64,000 nucleotides of DNA from a virus (taxonomy: Duplodnaviria > Caudoviricetes), in IMG/VR virus record IMGVR_UViG_3300002092_001784, positions 202,154 through 266,153 of that record, one strand, 5' to 3'. The position numbers and the translations under genes were made by a program. Position 1 is the stretch's first letter; each line of letters opens with the position of its first letter. The notes under the pieces were generated by a model that worked only from the letters and a program-made list of their open reading frames with translations, made no database searches and had not been told where the DNA came from. Shown here in pieces: positions 28,706 through 37,908 of this stretch.

Positions 28706-31700
28706 ATGAATGAGCTTGTAAAACATTTAGTTGAAACTATAATTTCGGAAGAAACTGAAAAAAATTATATTGTTGTATATTCCGGTAGATTTCAACCATT
28801 TCACAAAGGACATTATGCTACTTACTTAAATCTTACCAAAAAATTTGGAAAAGATAAAGTTTACATTGCTACGTCTAATGTAACTGATAATAAAAAATCA
28901 CCTTTTAATTTTGCAGAAAAAAAGGTTATAATGACTAGAATGTTCGATATTCCATCGGACAAAATAGTACAGATTAGAAACCCATATGCACCTACTGAAA
29001 TATTAAATAAATATGATCCAGAAAAGACAGGTGTTATTTTTGTTGTTGGTGAAAAGGATACTGCTAGACTTGGTGGTAAATATTTCACACCATATAAGGG
29101 TACGGTTGATGCTGGATATAAAGATAAAGGATATGTATATGCTTCACCTGCACAACCAAACGCAATAAGTGGTACTGATGTTCGTAATTGGTTAGGTAAC
29201 GGTACGGATGAAGAAAAGAGAGCCAATTTTCTGAAAGCATATCCAAAATTCGATGAGAAGATTTTCAAATTAATAACACTCAAGTTGAAAAAATTGGGTG
29301 AATCTATACGTGAGGAAATCAAAATCAATGTAAATGTTGGCGATACGGTGTTAATGGGAAAATTCAAAAACCATCCGGTTAAAGTTAAATCAATCGGTAA
29401 GGATGAACATGGTATGCCAACCATTAATGGAAAGAAAGCCGCTACATTCAGAATAGGTAATCATATAAATATATTTGATACTGCGGTCAATGAAGATGGT
29501 GCGGGCGCCGGAGGTGCTGCCGGGTTTGGAGGACAAGGTGGTGGAGCTGGTGTTGGGTTATCTTTACCCGGTGGATATATAAACGGAGCACCAAATCCAA
29601 AGGATGTTAAAAAGACAAGAAAGAAATTAAAACAAAAAGATGATGATATTTACACACCAGTAAATGAAGCATCTCTTGCTGGATATTATGCTGATAGCGG
29701 AGAACCAAATCCTAATTATGTAGCTGATGGACAAGAACGTATTTTAGATAAAGGAAAGCCAGAACCTTGGTTTACACAAGGAGGGTATACTCAATTACAT
29801 ATTCCAAAAGGTGATTGGATGAGAGGTAAGGCATTAAAAGATCGTGAAGATGATATGCAACTTCGTAAGGTATACTACAAAGTTCAAAATATTAAACAAA
29901 GTGCATTAAATCCGGCAGATGATCCACATACTACCGAAGATTGGCAAGTTGTTAATAGGGATACTCCGTTGGAAAAACCAAAAAGATTTTGGGAATTACC
30001 AAAAAATCAAAAGCCTGAAATAATAGATGATAAAGAAATTACTGAAATATTCAATCAGACCCTAAAAGAATTGGGATTGTTGGAATTTAGTGGTGGGCAC
30101 TCGTTTCCACATGATGGTAACGCAACAACAGGTCGTCAATGGAACAAATCATGGGAAGAATATGATAATCCGGATGCATATATTAAACACCTAATGGGAT
30201 GGTCTACTAAAGATGCCATACCAAGCGATAGGTTTAAGGATATTAAACATCAAGAAATTCCATTAAATCAATCCGGACAGGAAACAGGAATATACGATCA
30301 TACATTGGATTACAATATACTTGCTCCAAATGAATTTTTAGAAAAATCTGAAATTCAAAAGGGTGTGGTGAACGATGCTTCAGATGAAATGCATCGTCCT
30401 TTACATAATGGAATGGAATGGCCATCTATGGATGATATTAAAGCCAAACGAAAAAAAATAAAATCAAAACTTCGAAGTCCTAAAAATTCGTATTTGAGTG
30501 TGGATGCTCCAATCGTAGGTGAAACCGATTCCGAAGCATTAGATGAAATGGCAATGCCAGATATGAAATCGGTAGAAAAATACGCAGATCAACAGTTGAG
30601 TCCGGAAGATGTTGAATTAGGAAAGCAAACTGACCATTTTTTCCAACGATTAAATGATCCACGAAACGGAAAACCAATTTCGACAGCAGAAATGATAGGT
30701 TTCTTTAAGAGGTTGGGTAACAACAAAGAGAAATTTTTAGATTTTGTAAAGAAATATAGTGAATTTGTTGTAAAGGATAATAGAACAAATATCAATATCG
30801 CCTTTATGAAGCAGGCTAATAAACTTATTGCCAAAACGGTGATGAGAAAGCCTGATTTTAAGACAAGCAATCCAATATTTGTAGATGAAGCTGAACAATT
30901 GGATGAATTGGCATGGTCTACTAGTGCATTTAATTTTGTGCAAGATGTTGATGTACCATTTACACCAAAAGTTGCAAAAGCACTCTATGGTGATATGATA
31001 GTTACTACATTTCATGTTAGCGATTCTGATAATATTGATAATATTAAAAAGTTAATCGGTAAGAAAAAATCAGTGTCAACATTTACATATATGGCGCGAA
31101 CCGCTTTGCAGAATATGGATGGTATACAAACCGACGGTGGTATAATATATCAATTAGTTGGTAAGGTTTTAATAGATTCTGCGAATGATATTATGAGTAG
31201 ACCTGATGAACAGGGTAGACGGTGGGTAATGGGACGAGATTTGAATCCAGTTACCTATAAATTGTATCAGAAATTTTATAAGTATATGGGTTCTAAGAAA
31301 GAACTTCAAAAATACGATGAAAAATATGAATCAACTTATGATGCAGACACTGACTCTAGTTCATTAACCAATAAAGAAAAATCTGAATGGATAGCAGCAT
31401 ACATTCGATTGGCTGAAGAGTGGATTATTCAGCACGCCGATGAATTTAGGGATACTATGCGTAAGATGCCAATGGATGAATATTGGAATGAAGTAGTGGT
31501 ATACGATATACACATTAAAGATGTATTGTGGACAAACTCTGGGCAGTTTGGGACGGCTGACGAAGATGAATTGAATGAAATAAGTCATAAATTAAATACA
31601 ATCGCAACCGGAACTGTTTATTACACCGATGAACCTTCAGATGCATTGAAATTTGTAAAATCAAGAGGTGGACAATATGCCAAAGCAAATATCGGATTAC

Positions 31701-32173
31701 CATATAAAGGTGTGCCGGTTGGCAGTACAAATATTAATAGTATATTAAGTGCCGACGCATTTAACATGAAAGAATCGGTTCAACCAATTAGTATCAACGA
31801 AGCAACCGAAGCATTGAAGATGCACATACCATCGGATATTGAGCAAATATATAAAATGTTTCAAAAAAATGGTAAGAAATTGTATATTGTTGGTGGTGCT
31901 GTTAGGGATGCTATTTTGGGAAAGACACCAAAAGATTTTGATTTAGCAACCGATGCTACTCCTGATGAAGTTTTAGCTATGGCTAAAAAGGAAGGTATGC
32001 ATTCGACAGAAGTTGGAAAAGCATTTGGTGTGGTGATTGTTAATGGTAATGAAATAGCAACTTTCAGGAAAGATGTGAAATTAAAAGATAATGCAGATGA
32101 TTTTATAAAATATTTACAATATATTAATATACCGAATACTCGTATATCTACTTTCAAAAAAGAATTGAATTAG
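28706..32173 (+). CDS. Multidomain polyprotein A: NMNAT/NadM-like nucleotidyltransferase, small unknown modules, ART-like module, N-terminal half of class II CCA-adding enzyme
   Basis: SGRFQPFHKGH...SPF...ISGTDVR, then LYIVGGAVRD...KDFDLATD...EIATFRKD near the C-terminus. Modules are bounded by VNE/LDE/INE linkers. Confidence 0.8.
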   Translation: MNELVKHLVETIISEETEKNYIVVYSGRFQPFHKGHYATYLNLTKKFGKDKVYIATSNVTDNKKSPFNFAEKKVIMTRMFDIPSDKIVQIRNPYAPTEILNKYDPEKTGVIFVVGEKDTARLGGKYFTPYKGTVDAGYKDKGYVYASPAQPNAISGTDVRNWLGNGTDEEKRANFLKAYPKFDEKIFKLITLKLKKLGESIREEIKINVNVGDTVLMGKFKNHPVKVKSIGKDEHGMPTINGKKAATFRIGNHINIFDTAVNEDGAGAGGAAGFGGQGGGAGVGLSLPGGYINGAPNPKDVKKTRKKLKQKDDDIYTPVNEASLAGYYADSGEPNPNYVADGQERILDKGKPEPWFTQGGYTQLHIPKGDWMRGKALKDREDDMQLRKVYYKVQNIKQSALNPADDPHTTEDWQVVNRDTPLEKPKRFWELPKNQKPEIIDDKEITEIFNQTLKELGLLEFSGGHSFPHDGNATTGRQWNKSWEEYDNPDAYIKHLMGWSTKDAIPSDRFKDIKHQEIPLNQSGQETGIYDHTLDYNILAPNEFLEKSEIQKGVVNDASDEMHRPLHNGMEWPSMDDIKAKRKKIKSKLRSPKNSYLSVDAPIVGETDSEALDEMAMPDMKSVEKYADQQLSPEDVELGKQTDHFFQRLNDPRNGKPISTAEMIGFFKRLGNNKEKFLDFVKKYSEFVVKDNRTNINIAFMKQANKLIAKTVMRKPDFKTSNPIFVDEAEQLDELAWSTSAFNFVQDVDVPFTPKVAKALYGDMIVTTFHVSDSDNIDNIKKLIGKKKSVSTFTYMARTALQNMDGIQTDGGIIYQLVGKVLIDSANDIMSRPDEQGRRWVMGRDLNPVTYKLYQKFYKYMGSKKELQKYDEKYESTYDADTDSSSLTNKEKSEWIAAYIRLAEEWIIQHADEFRDTMRKMPMDEYWNEVVVYDIHIKDVLWTNSGQFGTADEDELNEISHKLNTIATGTVYYTDEPSDALKFVKSRGGQYAKANIGLPYKGVPVGSTNINSILSADAFNMKESVQPISINEATEALKMHIPSDIEQIYKMFQKNGKKLYIVGGAVRDAILGKTPKDFDLATDATPDEVLAMAKKEGMHSTEVGKAFGVVIVNGNEIATFRKDVKLKDNADDFIKYLQYINIPNTRISTFKKELN

Positions 32174-32211
32174 CCACATTTCGTTTATTTTATTAATTAA
32201 TATTTATATGT

Positions 32212-32964
32212 ATGATTATATACAAAGTAACAAATAAAATAAATAAAAAGATATATATTGGACAAACTATACGTTCAATGACGGAACGTAAATATGGACA
32301 TATAAAATCTGTTAGAATGGGAAGTACTTCGTTGTTTCATAATTCTATTAGAAAATATGGAATTGATAATTTTACATGGGAAGTAATAGACACGGCACAT
32401 TGTATAGAAAAGTTAAATGAATTAGAAATTAGTTATATTGCAAAATTTAATTGTTTTATTGATTTTCAAAATAGTAATGGGTATAATATGAATACTGGTG
32501 GTGGTAATTATATAACATCACATTTAACTAAACAAAAACTTAGTATTATAAATACCGGTAAAATTTTATCAACCGAAACTAAAGAGAAAATCAGTAAAGG
32601 TAACCTTGGAAAATCAGTAACCGAATCATTTCGAAAAACTATGAGTGAGTTAAATAAAGGTAGAGTTGCTAGTTTGGAAACTAGAGAAAAAATAAGTAAA
32701 TCTTTGCAAGGCAAGCCGGGTAGAAATACCGGTAATACGCATACTCAAGAAACTAAAGAAAAAATATCGAATACAAAAAAAGGAACGGTTTCTTGGAATG
32801 CATCGCCAGTTATACAACTAACGATGGACGGCGAATTTGTTAGAGAATGGCGAAGCGCAGCATTTGCCGCATCCCAATTAAAGTTAAGTCAAGGCAATAT
32901 AACATCATGTATACATGGTAAACGAAACAGTACTGGTAACTACAAATGGATTAAAAAAATATGA
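32212..32964 (+). CDS. GIY-YIG homing endonuclease inserted into the CCA-enzyme coding region
   Basis: IIYKVTNKINKKIYIGQT...GYN, several NUMOD3 repeats and C-terminal NUMOD1. The stop overlaps the next start (ATGA). Confidence 0.92.
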   Translation: MIIYKVTNKINKKIYIGQTIRSMTERKYGHIKSVRMGSTSLFHNSIRKYGIDNFTWEVIDTAHCIEKLNELEISYIAKFNCFIDFQNSNGYNMNTGGGNYITSHLTKQKLSIINTGKILSTETKEKISKGNLGKSVTESFRKTMSELNKGRVASLETREKISKSLQGKPGRNTGNTHTQETKEKISNTKKGTVSWNASPVIQLTMDGEFVREWRSAAFAASQLKLSQGNITSCIHGKRNSTGNYKWIKKI

Positions 32965-35900
32965 AAAATTGGAAAGAAATTGCTAAGCAGTATTTTGCGG
33001 ATGAATATATTGATTTTCAAAAATTAATAAGTGGTACTGGTGCAAATATAAACGTTAAACGGGGGGCTCAGATTGTAGATTATACGGATATTGAGGGTGA
33101 TGTCAAACGACGTGACTTGACAATTAATGCGTTATTTTATGATATTGATAGAGGTGAAATCGTAGATTTAGTTGGTGGTATAGCAGATTTACATAAAAAG
33201 AAAATACGAACCGTTGGTAACGCAACTGAAAGATTTGATGAAGACCCTCTTCGGAAATTAAGAGCGTTGAGATTTTACAGTCAACTGGGTGGTAATATGG
33301 ATGTTGAAACTCTTAAAGCATTAAAAGATAACCCATCATTGGAAGGTGTAAGTGCGGAAAGGATTCGTGACGAATTTATAAAAACACTTAATAAAGCAAA
33401 ATCCGAAAAGAGATACCTTCAAATGCTGCAAGCTCTTAAATTCTTAAATCAAATTCTACCCGATTTGGTGGTGGCTAAACCGTATGTAGATGAAAATGAT
33501 TACATTGTATTACTTGCGTATTTGCTTAGAGAAAATGATACTCAAACTCTAATACGTCAACTAAATAAGTTGAAGTATACAAACGATGAATGTAAAGATA
33601 TAACTTTTTTGGTATCGCTACAATCATTCACCGCAGATAAAATTGCCAATTACAAAAAAAACCAATCTGTTACTACATTAAGTGATAATCAAATATTGGA
33701 ATTTGGGAAATTGATCGGAAAGAACTTCAATAAATTTGTGAAATTTCAATTAGCTATAAAAGGTTCAGATGTACCTGCTGGATTAAAAGGTAAAGATATT
33801 GGAAATTGGATGGGTGATGCTGAATCAAAACGATTTTTGAATGAAGCAGTAGTGATTAAAAATTTCAAAGATATATTCAGTAAATTACCAACTGAAGTTC
33901 AGAAAAAAATATATTCACTAAAAGATGCACCGCAAAACCCAAAACATCATCCGGAAGGTAATACATTAAAGCACACTATTATGGTGGTGAATCGTGCATT
34001 GAAGTATTTTCCGAATGATATTGATTTAATAATAGCAGCAATATTTCACGATATAGGTAAAGCTGATACGATGAGTATTCATCCAAAGACCGGTGGTATA
34101 ACTCATTATGGGCATGAAGATGTATCTACCGAATGGGTTAACCGATATAGTAATTGGATTGAATCTATGGGTGGAAACGCTGAAGATGTACGATATATTG
34201 TACAGAACCATATGAAAATGCATAATTTTGATATAATGCGATTGGCAAAACAACGTGCATTACAATCGCATCCTGCATTTGATAAATTATATGGATTTTC
34301 CCAAAAAATGGATAAGGGTGGATTCGGTGAGGGAATACATGAGGGAGTAAGTGAGGGTATAAATAATCCAAAAATTACATTTCTAATCGGACCTCCTGCT
34401 TCTGGAAAAAGTACTTGGGTTAGTAATAACTCAAAAGGTGCTATTATCATTTCACGTGACGATATTGTAGACCGTTTAAGAAAACCATTGGGATTATCGT
34501 ATGGTGAGGCATTTAGTAATGATGAGTTACAAAATAAAGTTAATTCTGAGCTACAATCCCATATTACACAGACACTTACTTCTGGCAAGGATATAGTTGT
34601 GGATATGACTAATATGACCAAAAAAGGTAGACATAAAATATTATCAAGAGTACCAAAAAACTATACAAAAAATGCGGTAGTGTTTAGTGTTGGTCGTGAT
34701 GAATTACTTAAACGATTAAAATCAAGGGAAGAAGAAACTGGGAAAACTGTACCTGTTTCGGTTGTAGACCAAATGATTAGGAATTTTCAGAAGCCAGATA
34801 CCGGAGAATTTGATAACATTACAAATGAGGGAATAACTGAGGGTGTAATCAATGAATTGGCTTGGCAAGGCAAAGCAATGGATCGGATACAGGAATTGGG
34901 ATTCCCATTGACACCTAAAATTGGTAAGGAAGTATATGGTGATACAGTTGTTACTACATTTCATGTAAGCGATGTAAACCATATTGATGATATTAAAAAA
35001 ATAATCGGTAAAAAGAAATCCATATCAACATTCAAATATATGAATGATATGATGCTGAAAAATATGGATGGCATTAGAACCGTCGGTGGTATTATTTATG
35101 AATTGCGAGGAAATATAGTAGCAGATTCAACCAAAGATATAGGTAGTGCCCCAGATGAACAAGGACGTAGATGGGTGATGCTATATTCATCGGCACCGGG
35201 TATATATAAATTTACATATGGGTTCAAACAGAAATTAAAATCCAATCCAATAACAGGTCCTATTTTTGAGTATTTTTGGAAAAATGGTATAATGCCGGAA
35301 ATGGATAATACTAATAAAGCAAAATTCATAGCAGCATATATTTCTACGGCAGAAAAATACATAATTGAAAATCAAGATGATTGGGTACAACTATTGCTTT
35401 CACCGCAAACTAATAATGCTTGGAATGAAGTATTGGTAAATAATATACAAGTTAATGATATAATTTGGACAAATAAATTTTATCAATATAGTAAAGAACA
35501 ATTAGCTGAATATTCTAAAAAATTAGAAGTAATTGCAAAGGGTAAAGTATATTTTACAATGGATTCAAAAGATACCATTGAATTTGTTAAATCACGCGGT
35601 GGCTTTACTGGTAATATTAATGCCACACCAAAAGAATATATGGGAGCGGCAGTTGGAAGTGAAGATGCAATGAAATTTATGAAAGAAGAAGTGCTGAATG
35701 AATTGGCTTGGGAGGCTGGTGTTAATAAATTTATAACACAAATGAATTTTCCGTTTACACCAAAAGTTGGGAAAGCATTATATGGTGACGCGGTTGCTAC
35801 TACATTTCATATAACAGATGCTGACAACTTTTCTAAAATAAAATCTCTTATCGGCAAAAAGAAATCCATTTCTTCGTTTACCTTTATGGGTGATGATATG

Positions 35901-37844
35901 TTAGATGATATAAGGGGAATACAGACCGTAGGTGGTATTTTATTTCAATTAGAAGCAAAAATAGTACTAGATTCCGCGGTAGATGCGATGAGTCAACCGG
36001 ATACAGAAGGTAGACGTTGGTCAATCGAACCAACAACATTGAGAAAACAATTCAAACAGGAAATATATGATGATGCCAAGTTTTATAAACGATTTAATTT
36101 ATATTGGGCTGGCGGAAAGGCAATGACTCAAAGTGAAAAGGGTAAGTTTGTAGCGGATTATATCACACGAGCTGAAAAGTTTTTAATTAAAAATAAAAAT
36201 AAAGTTATAAAAGAGTTAAGATCGCATGGGTTGGTGGGTGATTGGAATGAAGTTATTGTATATGATATAAAGGTAAAGGATGTATTATGGACAAATACTT
36301 CCAATAATTATTATACCGATAGAATACGACATAGTGATGCTGAAATAAAGCGTATTGCTAGTGAACTAAAACAAATAGCAACTGGTACTGTATATTTTAC
36401 TGAAAATCCTAAAGATGCTATTGAATTTGTGAAAAGTAGAGGTGGTTTTGTTGGTGGCAGTGGCTGGGACTCTACTGGTGAATATAAAGGAGCTGCTGTT
36501 GGCAGTACAAATCCAAAAATTATTATGAAAGAAGGAAATATGAAAACTATAATGGAAGGCTTGAGTAAAAAAGATTTACTAATCGAAGAACTGATGGTTC
36601 AAAGACAATACGGATTACTTGCTAATAACCAAAAGGTATTACTACAATGTGGTGGGGCCTACGGACATATGCATCACCCATTTGATACCGAAATCAATCT
36701 TACATTTGGGGATTTGAAAGATATAGTAAAGAAAGCGTTAACTGGTGAATTGGAACTTACTCGTGAAAAAACAGATGGTCAGGCTCTCGCAATTAGTTGG
36801 GTAGACGGTAGATTGGTTGCTGCTCGTAATAAATCACATCTTAAAAACAAAGGAAAGGATGCAATGACTTTACAAGCCGTTGCTGATAAATTTGGTGGGC
36901 GTGGTGGATTATCCGATGCATACAATTTTGCAATGCAAGACCTTTCAAATGCAATTAGTGCATTATCAGAAGCACAAAGACAACTTATATTCAAAGATGG
37001 GACATGTTTTATGAATTTGGAAGTAATATATCCAACTTCGGTAAATGTAATACCATACAATCAGGCACTATTGGTATTTCATGGAACATTTGAATACGAC
37101 GAGAGTGGAAACATAATTGGTGAAAATCAACCCGCAGCTCGTGTATTGGCAGGTATGATTAAGCAGGTAAACCAGAATGTTCAAACGAAATACAAAATAC
37201 AAGGACCACCGGTTATTCAATTACCAAAATCGGCAGATTTGACAGACCTTCAATCAAAATATTTGGCAATGGTTTCAAAATTACAATCAGAATTTGGATT
37301 ATCAGATTCAGATGGTGTTGCTGATTATCATCAGGCATGGTGGAGGTATTACATCGATGTTAACGCACATTCATTGCCGGAAGAACAAAAGAAAGCACTA
37401 ACAAAAAGATGGGCATTTTACGATAAATCATTTAGGTTGAAGGATATTCAAGATGATACAGTTAGAGCTTGGGCTGAAAAAATAGATAAGCAAGATCAAG
37501 CAAAAATTGCGAAAGATAATCTAATGAGGTTTGAACAGATATTTTTAGGAGTGGGTTCAGATGTACTTTCATTTATGAAATCAGTTCTTACCGCAAATCC
37601 TGATGAAGCAAAACGACAGATGGTTAGTAAATTAGATCAAACGATTAAAGATGTAAAAAACAGTGGTGATCCGAAAAAGATAGAAAAACTAAAATTAGAA
37701 TTACAGAGATTACAATCGGTAGGTGGGTTTGATAAAATTGTACCAATCGAAGGTATTGTTTTTGTATATAAAGGTAACGTAATGAAGCTAACAGGCGCTT
37801 TTGCTGCATGCAATCAAATTAACGGTATCTTTTTTTCAAAATAG
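32961..37844 (+). CDS. Multidomain polyprotein B: C-terminal part of CCA enzyme, HD domain, P-loop PNK-like kinase, two ART-like modules, RNA-ligase-like domain
   Basis: DVKRRDLTINA and FDEDPLRKLRALRF, HHPEG...FHDIGK...HYGHE, GPPASGKST...VVDMTN, EKTDG...NLEVI...EGIVF...MKL. Confidence 0.82.
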   Translation: MKNWKEIAKQYFADEYIDFQKLISGTGANINVKRGAQIVDYTDIEGDVKRRDLTINALFYDIDRGEIVDLVGGIADLHKKKIRTVGNATERFDEDPLRKLRALRFYSQLGGNMDVETLKALKDNPSLEGVSAERIRDEFIKTLNKAKSEKRYLQMLQALKFLNQILPDLVVAKPYVDENDYIVLLAYLLRENDTQTLIRQLNKLKYTNDECKDITFLVSLQSFTADKIANYKKNQSVTTLSDNQILEFGKLIGKNFNKFVKFQLAIKGSDVPAGLKGKDIGNWMGDAESKRFLNEAVVIKNFKDIFSKLPTEVQKKIYSLKDAPQNPKHHPEGNTLKHTIMVVNRALKYFPNDIDLIIAAIFHDIGKADTMSIHPKTGGITHYGHEDVSTEWVNRYSNWIESMGGNAEDVRYIVQNHMKMHNFDIMRLAKQRALQSHPAFDKLYGFSQKMDKGGFGEGIHEGVSEGINNPKITFLIGPPASGKSTWVSNNSKGAIIISRDDIVDRLRKPLGLSYGEAFSNDELQNKVNSELQSHITQTLTSGKDIVVDMTNMTKKGRHKILSRVPKNYTKNAVVFSVGRDELLKRLKSREEETGKTVPVSVVDQMIRNFQKPDTGEFDNITNEGITEGVINELAWQGKAMDRIQELGFPLTPKIGKEVYGDTVVTTFHVSDVNHIDDIKKIIGKKKSISTFKYMNDMMLKNMDGIRTVGGIIYELRGNIVADSTKDIGSAPDEQGRRWVMLYSSAPGIYKFTYGFKQKLKSNPITGPIFEYFWKNGIMPEMDNTNKAKFIAAYISTAEKYIIENQDDWVQLLLSPQTNNAWNEVLVNNIQVNDIIWTNKFYQYSKEQLAEYSKKLEVIAKGKVYFTMDSKDTIEFVKSRGGFTGNINATPKEYMGAAVGSEDAMKFMKEEVLNELAWEAGVNKFITQMNFPFTPKVGKALYGDAVATTFHITDADNFSKIKSLIGKKKSISSFTFMGDDMLDDIRGIQTVGGILFQLEAKIVLDSAVDAMSQPDTEGRRWSIEPTTLRKQFKQEIYDDAKFYKRFNLYWAGGKAMTQSEKGKFVADYITRAEKFLIKNKNKVIKELRSHGLVGDWNEVIVYDIKVKDVLWTNTSNNYYTDRIRHSDAEIKRIASELKQIATGTVYFTENPKDAIEFVKSRGGFVGGSGWDSTGEYKGAAVGSTNPKIIMKEGNMKTIMEGLSKKDLLIEELMVQRQYGLLANNQKVLLQCGGAYGHMHHPFDTEINLTFGDLKDIVKKALTGELELTREKTDGQALAISWVDGRLVAARNKSHLKNKGKDAMTLQAVADKFGGRGGLSDAYNFAMQDLSNAISALSEAQRQLIFKDGTCFMNLEVIYPTSVNVIPYNQALLVFHGTFEYDESGNIIGENQPAARVLAGMIKQVNQNVQTKYKIQGPPVIQLPKSADLTDLQSKYLAMVSKLQSEFGLSDSDGVADYHQAWWRYYIDVNAHSLPEEQKKALTKRWAFYDKSFRLKDIQDDTVRAWAEKIDKQDQAKIAKDNLMRFEQIFLGVGSDVLSFMKSVLTANPDEAKRQMVSKLDQTIKDVKNSGDPKKIEKLKLELQRLQSVGGFDKIVPIEGIVFVYKGNVMKLTGAFAACNQINGIFFSK

Positions 37845-37908
37845 TACCTGTAATTTTGTATAAAAATATTATTTCTTTATATTTATATATGAATATAAAC
37901 CAATAACT

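Noticed and set aside
32171-32173. TAG read-through or stop-codon reassignment joining the polyproteins
   Set aside because: An in-frame TAA follows within nine codons, the next ORFs are in other frames, and terL and polyprotein B end normally at TAG under the standard code.
32075-33074. Group I intron or intein interrupting the CCA gene
   Set aside because: I saw no P7/R/S-like core sequences, only 38 nt are non-coding, both flanks read as plausible protein, and there are no intein splice motifs. It is not formally excluded without Infernal or RT-PCR.
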